This document shows positions 22,101 through 27,434 of a stretch of 29,567 bases of DNA, piece by piece. The notes under the pieces are model-generated. The model worked only from the letters and a program-made list of their open reading frames with translations, had not been told where the DNA came from and searched no databases. The position numbers and the translations under genes were made by a program. How positions within the stretch are numbered: the first letter of the stretch is position 1; every line of letters begins with the position of its first letter. Source of the DNA: Macrostomum lignano. Lineage: Eukaryota. The stretch lies in NCBI GenBank assembly GCA_002269645.1, contig NIVC01004135.1, positions 1-29,567 on the forward strand. Direction: 5' to 3'.

Positions 22101-24737
22101 AGACTGAACTCGAGCTTGTGGGTGATTCTAATTCAAAACTGACCAATGCCATCAGAGACAAAGAGTTACTAAGCGAAGAATTGAGTAAAGCTAAAGCTAC
22201 AATTGACAATTTGACTGCTGAATTGGCTAAAACAAAGACCAAAGTGGACGGCGATGCTAGTGAAGCGCTGGGCAATTTAAACTCTGAATTGACGGTCGCT
22301 TTAGAAGAAAAAGAAAAAGAACTAAGCGAGACAAAAGTTCTAATAGACAATTTGACGGCCGAATTGACCAAAGCCAAAGAAGACATGGTTATTGAATCTA
22401 CAGAAACTAGAAGCATCATTGAACAACTTGCAAAGGACAAGGAAAATTTAAATCAACAACTAACTGCGGCTAACAATGGAATTGACAGTTTAAACATCGA
22501 ATTTGTCAGGACTAAGGAGGATTTGAATAATAGACTGGCTGAAGCTGAATGCACGATCGATAATCTGCGCTCTGACCGCTAATGATAATTTATGCAACGA
22601 ATTGGCAGAAGCTAAAATATTAATCGATGAGCTGAGAAATGAAGTTGAAAAACCTACTTTGGCTACTGTAAGTTGCGCCAGCCAGACTGAAGCGGTCCCG
22701 GAAGCTGCAGGTCTCGAACAGCAGCGACTGTATGGCGCTGGTCAGGACACCGCGATGGCGAAAGCGAAGCCAGTCTGCGCAGTCGTTTGGCTGAGAAAGA
22801 GCGCCTGGAGCAGCGCTACGCCGCTCTGGTAAAGAAGCTCCGACAGCAGCGACAGGAGACACTGCAGCAGCACCGTAGTCAGCTGGCTGAAGTTCAGTCA
22901 GCAGCCGCTGCTGAGGTGGACGAGCTGCGTCGACGATTGGAAGCCAGCGAAGCTGAGCTCGATTCGGCACGGATGTCCCTGGCTTTAAAAACCTACTTTG
23001 GCTACTGTAAGTTGCGCCAGCCAGACTGAAGCGGTCCCGGAAGCTGCAGGTCTCGAACAGCAGCGACTGTATGGCGCTGGTCAGGACACCGCCGATGGCG
23101 AAAGCGAAGCCAGTCTGCGCAGTCGTTTGGCTGAGAAAGAGCGCCTGGAGCAGCGCTACGCCGCTCTGGTAAAGAAGCTCCGACAGCAGCGACAGGAGAC
23201 ACTGCAGCAGCACCGTAGTCAGCTGGCTGAAGTTCAGTCAGCAGCCGCTGCTGAGGTGGACGAGCTGCGTCGACGATTGGAAGCCAGCGAAGCTGAGCTC
23301 GATTCGGCACGGATGTCCCTGGCTTTAGCACCGCCACCGCCGCCACCTCCGCCGCCTCCGCCTCAGCAGCAGGCAGCCGAATCGGAGCTGCAGTCTCTGC
23401 GTGCTGTGCACTCGCGATGCCAAGGACAGCTGGACCAGGTTCGAGCCGAGCGCAATCGAATTCAACAGGAGTTCGACAGGCTGCGGCGGCGGCTAGAAGA
23501 GAGGCCTTTGTCGTCAACTCCGCCACCACCGCCTTCGCAGCCGATCGAGCGCTTACAGCAGTCTTCATCTCCGACGCCGTCACCGCCGCCCCTGCATGCT
23601 CCAACAGCTGAAGCATCGGCGGTTGATGCCGCTGCGGCTGCAGCAGCCGAGGATGAAGTTCTAACACTGCGCTCCGAGAACGAAGGCTTGCGCTTTAAAG
23701 TGAGCGTGCTAGAGACCAAAGCCAAGAAGATGGAGTTCCGACTTAGGGCTGAACGCGACAAGATTGACAAGCTGCAGCTGCGGCTCGACGAGAAAGACGT
23801 GGAACTGGACCAGCTGGTTGACAAGCTTCGCGCCAGCCGGGGCCAGCTCGAATCTGAGCGCAGTCGACACCTCAACGAAGCCAAACGGCTCAGCGCAGCG
23901 CTTGAGGCTGAAGAGGCTCGGGCCGGCAAGCTCGAGCGTCGACTACGCGACGGCAGCTCCGAGTCGGCGACGGCCGCCCTCGCCGAGGAGGCGGCTGCGG
24001 CTCGCGAAGCAAAACGCCAATCGGAGCAGCGCCTGCTAGCGGAGGCGGCCGATCTGCGCGGCCAGCTGGACGAACTGGCGGCTGACAATCGCGATTTGCG
24101 CAGCCGACTTGAAGCGGCCGCCCCGTCTGGCTCTGGCGCCTCCGCCGGGGTCAGCGCGAGCGACTGTGCCGAGTGTAGGCGTCTGCGCGAGGCTGTCCGA
24201 GTGCTGGAGCTTCAACAGGCCTCGAGACGTAGCAGGCAGCCAACTTGCGAGACCAAGTCTGTTGGCACCGAGGCGGTGTCAGTTGATGAGGCTGCCTGTC
24301 AGACATTGGAACCTGACGAAGAGAATGATGCAATGCAGCGGCGATTAAACGAGCTGGAGTTGGCGGCTGTGGAGTGCGAGTCGCTTCGGGCTCTGGTGAA
24401 GCAGATGGAGGAGTCTGCGGCGCCTTGTGCTCCAACGCCGACACCGCAGCCGCTGCGACCGTCGCCGTCGCCGCCACCTCCAGACTCGGAGGACACTTTG
24501 TCGGCGTCTCAATCAGCTTTGGACGAGTCATCAGTGCTGATTCCAATGCTGATGGACGAGCAGCAGGCCCTCGCGGGCTTACAATCGACAACAACACCAA
24601 CGATGGCGTTGGTTCGACGACTTCGTCGATGCCTTCAACCGTGGCGATCGTTGAGGCTTCGGCCGAGCGCGCGCAACGCCGTCATCGCATATTTGTTTGG
24701 CCTGCACTGCCTGTTGCTGTACTGGTTGCTGCTCTGA
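1104..24737 (+). CDS. Giant multi-exon coiled-coil protein with C-terminal TM anchor; giantin-like tail-anchored golgin (about 7,000-7,100 aa in window; 5' end possibly upstream; last exon frameshifted in this assembly)
   Basis: Nine exons join in frame through GT-AG introns: 1104-1191, 1276-1457, 1906-2070, 2161-2448, 2740-15927, 16138-18357, 18444-19796, 19885-20304, 21273-24737. The product is E/Q/K/S/L-rich heptad sequence ending in LRLRPSARNAVIAYLFGLHCLLLYWLLL*. Confidence 0.8.
1276..1457 (+). CDS. Golgin exon 2 (coiled coil EASKQNV...ELNNLR)
   Basis: Acceptor ttgtcag at 1275, donor AGG|GTAAAT at 1458. Matches the coiled-coil part of ORF 1263..1508. Confidence 0.8.
1490..1856. repeat. 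Intronic 32-nt minisatellite, about 11.5 copies (AGATGCAGGGCTTCACTGAAGAGTGAGCAGGT)
   Basis: Units start at 1490, 1522, 1554 ... 1842 with an exact 32-nt period and no spacers. Confidence 0.95.
1906..2070 (+). CDS. Golgin exon 3 (KSEAAASS...ELQAERKRHLTAKAKVKSLEKQLAKVKEEQAE); absent from the ORF track
   Basis: Acceptor tttctgttgtattccag at 1905, donor GAG|GTAAGT at 2071. 55 codons, phase 0-0. Confidence 0.85.
2161..2448 (+). CDS. Golgin exon 4
   Basis: Acceptor gttctaccag at 2160, donor CGG|GTGAGT at 2449. 96 codons, phase 0-0. Confidence 0.85.
2740..15927 (+). CDS. Golgin exon 5: giant 13,188-nt exon (4,396 codons) of coiled coil
   Basis: Uninterrupted ORF 2734..15966. Acceptor ctattgcag at 2739, donor CAG|GTACAA at 15928, in frame with exon 6. 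Confidence 0.88.
3601..7680 (+). repeat. Coding 105-nt (35-aa, 5-heptad) tandem array: 38 full units plus a partial, in unbroken register
   Basis: Unit starts fall at 3601+105k (checked at 3706, 4021, 4651, 4861, 5281, 5701, 6016, 6121, 6541, 6961, 7381). Near-identical blocks at 3601-4650 and 6121-7590. Confidence 0.95.
10144..10491 (+). repeat. About 350-nt coding block duplicated at 13021-13368 (offset 2,877 nt)
   Basis: QLQTEKLDLEQSNE...HGEAKQRDEEKLGRAAEVHEK...ISTQSA occurs twice, each copy followed by an 84-nt array. Confidence 0.95.
10492..12805 (+). repeat. Coding 84-nt (28-aa, 4-heptad) array, about 28 units (ELESKSKQVTELEASVNEQTEKNRALVE)
   Basis: GAGCTCGAATCG recurs at 10492+84k up to 12760 (one unit reads GAGCAC). 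Confidence 0.95.
13369..13770 (+). repeat. Second 84-nt (28-aa) array, about 5 units
   Basis: Unit starts at 13369, 13453, 13537, 13621 and 13705. Confidence 0.93.
15965..15970 (+). promoter_or_regulatory. Candidate intronic poly(A) signal AATAAA overlapping the read-through stop of exon 5
   Basis: AGT TAA TAA AAG: TAA at 15964-15966 and AATAAA at 15965-15970, 37 nt after a weak GTACAA donor. Confidence 0.4.
16138..18357 (+). CDS. Golgin exon 6 (740 codons; three KEKCARLVKQC modules)
   Basis: Acceptor ttttttcttctttttag at 16137, donor CTT|GTAAGT at 18358. Phase 0-0; in frame with ORF 16147..18399. Confidence 0.9.
16372..19520 (+). repeat. Five copies of a roughly 220-275-aa module anchored by ERDRMKEKCARLVKQCR(I/N)LKE
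   Basis: The Met of the motif lies at 16384, 17107, 17830 (exact 723-nt spacing), 18741 and 19398. Confidence 0.92.
18444..19796 (+). CDS. Golgin exon 7 (451 codons; two modules)
   Basis: Acceptor ttctcaatttttag at 18443, donor AGC|GTAAGT at 19797. Phase 0-0; in frame with ORF 18510..19859. Confidence 0.88.
19885..20304 (+). CDS. Golgin exon 8 (CVASQHQQ...AEQLAVE)
   Basis: Acceptor ttattctaatacag at 19884. Probable weak donor GAG|GTTGGT at 20305; GCG|GTTGAG at 20299 is an in-frame alternative. Confidence 0.75.
20686..21058 (+). mobile_element. tRNA-derived CORE-like SINE, copy 2, full length with (TTA)n/(TCA)n tail, in intron 8
   Basis: A-box TAGCTTAGTGG, B-box GGTTCGATTCC, CORE-like block 20767-20827, poly-C and simple-repeat tail 20982-21058. 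Aligns with 637-905. Confidence 0.88.
20982..21058. repeat. (TTA)n/(TCA)n microsatellite, SINE tail
   Basis: ttattattattattattattattattatcatcattattatcattatc... read directly. Confidence 0.95.
21273..24737 (+). CDS. Golgin terminal exon: coiled coil, poly-Pro hinges and TM tail; broken by 1-nt indels near 21390, 22575, 22753 and 22988 in this sequence
   Basis: Acceptor aatcaattccag at 21272. The coiled-coil reading passes between ORFs 21273, 21419, 22602, 22787 and 22998. Stop TGA at 24735-24737. Confidence 0.75.
21860..22245 (+). repeat. Coding 135-nt (45-aa) repeat, 2-3 near-identical copies with degenerate flanks
   Basis: GCTAAAGCTACAATTGACAAT occurs at 21920, 22055 and 22190. Confidence 0.9.
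22648..23327 (+). repeat. Near-perfect tandem duplication of about 340 nt of coding sequence
   Basis: AAAACCTACTTTGGCT...GGATGTCCCTGGCTTTA occurs twice (CCT at 22653 and 22992). Copy 1 lacks one C (ACCGCGAT versus ACCGCCGAT). Confidence 0.95.
24678..24734 (+). other. C-terminal transmembrane tail anchor AVIAYLFGLHCLLLYWLLL with Y-x4-H golgin signature
   Basis: 19 hydrophobic residues run directly to the stop, preceded by a basic segment (RRLRR...RLRPSAR). Confidence 0.85.
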
Positions 24738-25447
24738 TTTGTACTTGTTAGCTTGGAATATTCTTTCAGCGTACTAATAGTAGCGTAATATATGCCGAAC
24801 AATTTGGCTCACTACCCTACCCTGGCTACTCGTGGCACGCAAAATTCAAGATTTTAGGCCGTCAGCATTCAGTAACATCGAAAAATTCTATTAGAACTGA
24901 AGGATTTTACGTGCCTGCGAGACTCTCCTGTCGTGTGGGCGAGAGGAATTGTAAGACTTTAATTATGAATTCGTACTAGGTAAGGCAATCATTTTCTATG
25001 GTTACGCGGCTGTTAATTAAAGCTGTTTTTGAGGTTTAGGAATTTGATCTTTAGTATATTGAATTTCGCTGGCTAATAGGTACTAGCTTAATTATATATG
25101 CTTTTGACAAGTATGCATTGTCCAATTTTATCTGTGGTTGTTGTTCTGCTCAAATTGTTGATTGTTGATAATATTTTCAGCTTAACGTCAATATATCTTC
25201 CTTATTGTTGCTATTCATATGCAATACATGTATAAGATATCGTTGGCACAGTTCAGTTTATAGATAACTTGAGTGCTAGCTGTGAGCTCAAGACATTTCA
25301 TTGCTCATTCAGACTAATCCATGTACCACTCTCGAACTCCCAATAGGCCAACTTGATTTTTGTTTGGTGTTTCTCTTGAATGTAATAATTGTAGAAAACT
25401 ACTCACTTCATAATCATATCGTTACAAAAATTCATTGAGCCTCCAAT

Positions 25448-25453
25448 AATAAA
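25448..25453 (+). promoter_or_regulatory. Candidate poly(A) signal of the golgin gene
   Basis: AATAAA about 710 nt after the stop, in AT-rich 3' UTR-like sequence. Confidence 0.4.
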
Positions 25454-25734
25454 AATGTAATTTGCGCTCTATATACTATGCATTATCTGAAATTGATACT
25501 TGTTTTGAATTCCTTTCACTAGTTGAATTGTTTAATGGTGACACTTGGACAAAAATATATCCTTTAAATTAGTGCGTTAGTTTATCACTGTTCGCCTTTA
25601 TCGGTTGTTTTGTGTATCGTTGTTTGGCAACTGTATCATAAAACTGTTTTGAATTTGGCCTATTCTTTTTTCAACTCAAAAAGTAGGTATATTAAAAGTA
25701 CTAACTTCACCTATTGTGCTTGGAAACCGAGGGC

Positions 25735-26060
25735 CGAATCCTGTAACCTGTAATAGCCTGGAACAGCGCCGCCCTCTGGCGGTCAGGTAGGGTCTTGGAC
25801 TGCAGGACTGCCACTGTTTGGTTTGAAAGGAGGCTTTTGGGTGCTGCCGCAAATCAAGGCGACAGCCATCTTCAGCCCTACGCGCACTACGCACACGAGG
25901 ATGCCGATACTTGCTTTCTTATCGTCAAGCATGCATAATGCTGTGAACTGAGAGTTGTCACACATGGTTCAAGCGGATTCGAACCCCAATCTAATGTAGC
26001 CAAAGACTTTGAATCGAACTCAAAGGCTTTGGTCGCTACTCAGCCCATGCACCACGGTTA
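25735..26060 (-). mobile_element. Probable second tRNA-related SINE family (hairpin-containing head, GC-rich structured body, TTACAGG x2 tail)
   Basis: Minus strand: A-box-like GTGGTGCATGG, B-box GGGTTCGAATCC and 3' TGAACCA, then a GC-rich body and a short tandem tail. Only one copy in the window; no TSD seen. Confidence 0.5.
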
Positions 26061-26286
26061 TTTCCCGATTTTACGCTTTTACCATAGACGGCTATATTTA
26101 CTGCCTAGAACGAGCTTAAAAAGTACTATCATATAGCAAGTGAATTTATAATTGTGTTCAGTTTAATAAAATAGTAATTAAAAGAATTTTACTTGAGTCT
26201 CAAGGCAAAGAATTTGAATTCCGACAGACAGTGAAATCTGTGTAACTACCATTTTTTATCGCCAGCTGACTAAACTTGAGTAAAAC

Positions 26287-26517
26287 ATGCACCATCTAGC
26301 TCACTGCGACCACAGTGCATCGCAGGCTAGCCGACCTATGTCGCCGAGCACGCAGTTGAAGTTTCTGCTGGCCTGGGGCCAGGGACGCAACTCCCAAGAA
26401 AGCCCGTCCCGCTCAGCAGTGGTCATAGGCTCCGCTCGAAGCTGTCAAACAACGCTCAGCTGGACGGATCGGCTTCTTCAAATCCTAGGCCGAGTGGTCG
26501 ACGAAGGCGGTCACTGA
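26287..26517 (+). CDS. Short ATG ORF (76 aa): uORF or frameshifted 5' part of the downstream gene
   Basis: ATG with A at -3, 21 nt after the acceptor-like ttttttatcgccag (26265). Overlaps the frame-0 open region that starts at 26331. Confidence 0.3.
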   Translation: MHHLAHCDHSASQASRPMSPSTQLKFLLAWGQGRNSQESPSRSAVVIGSARSCQTTLSWTDRLLQILGRVVDEGGH

Positions 26518-26582
26518 CCTATGTTCCGGTGTCCGCCTGGGTCAAAGACTTCAAGGATGAAGACGAGATCGACGGGTGCAGC

Positions 26583-27434
26583 ATGAGGACGGCAGGAAGC
26601 CGCAGATCACCGAGTACCGGAAGATTTTCAGCCGCGTCAAGGAGCGCCTCCATTGGTGACCGGATAACATCAGTTTCGTCCAGGCAGTCGGTTGCCATGC
26701 CGCATGAGCCGACGGAGTCGCCGGCGCCTCCGCTTCCGCCGCCTCGAGCGTCACGCGCGTCGCGGCCGGCTGAACGGAGTCCGCCACCGCCGCTTCCGCC
26801 CCGACGGGCACCCCGGCCGGCTCCTCGGAAAACTCTACCACCGCTGCCGCCTCGGAAAAAGCTGCCACCGCCGCCGCCACCGGAGCAGTTGCTTTCGCCC
26901 CCGATGCCGTCTCAGACTCCGCCACCGACGCCACCTCCAAAGACTCTGACACCGCCACCGCCGGCGCGCGTTGCGTCTTCTTCTGCTAAAGCCTCTGTTG
27001 CAGCTGTTGCTGTCACCAGCCAACGCCACCGCACGAATCGCCATTCTTCAACACTATCTCAGGCTGAGCTACGGGAGGTTCTGGCTCGCAGTGCAAGTCG
27101 CGCTGAAGCCTATCAGTCCATCGCAGATGCAGCTCCATCTGCCGGTGCCTCGATAGCAGAGTGCTCTAGAAAACGCCGCGAGCTTCGGCGGCCGTCAGAC
27201 GTAGCAACTCTACTACACGAGATACTCGCTGGTAGAGCAAGCCGCTTAGGTGCCGGGGAAACTTTAGAAGTCGCCTCGCCAGCCGCGGGCGCGGCTAGCG
27301 CTAAAACAAATAAATCAACTCACGGCTCTGGGGCTGGTCGAGCTCTTAAAAATGAGGACGATTTAAACAAGCAACGAAAAAGTGGTACAAGAAGTCGACA
27401 AAGTCGCGCAGCTACTCCTCTGAATCGAACATAG
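26583..27434 (+). CDS. Pro/Ser/Arg/Ala-rich disordered protein with PPLPPR motifs (283 aa from ATG 26583; frame open from 26331)
   Basis: ORF track 26529..27434, first in-frame ATG at 26583, GC-rich coding-like composition. No domain recognised. Confidence 0.6.
   Translation: MRTAGSRRSPSTGRFSAASRSASIGDRITSVSSRQSVAMPHEPTESPAPPLPPPRASRASRPAERSPPPPLPPRRAPRPAPRKTLPPLPPRKKLPPPPPPEQLLSPPMPSQTPPPTPPPKTLTPPPPARVASSSAKASVAAVAVTSQRHRTNRHSSTLSQAELREVLARSASRAEAYQSIADAAPSAGASIAECSRKRRELRRPSDVATLLHEILAGRASRLGAGETLEVASPAAGAASAKTNKSTHGSGAGRALKNEDDLNKQRKSGTRSRQSRAATPLNRT

Noticed and set aside
22620-24600. Minus-strand and alternative-frame ORFs over the terminal exon (22620..23213, 23002..23667, 23462..24088, 24151..24600, 24374..24751)
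   Set aside because: GC-rich coding sequence is depleted of stops in other frames. No independent start, splice or domain evidence.
24600-24737. KASH (nesprin) or GRIP-domain identity for the giant coiled coil
   Set aside because: There is no luminal peptide ending in PPPX after the TM segment and no GRIP-like helical domain. The TM ends at the stop and carries the golgin Y-x4-H motif.
25780-25881. Hammerhead ribozyme (minus-strand CUGAAGA followed by a stem)
   Set aside because: The stem is followed by CAAAA rather than GAAA, and no stem III or NUH cleavage triplet precedes the candidate stem I strand (CCCTAC).
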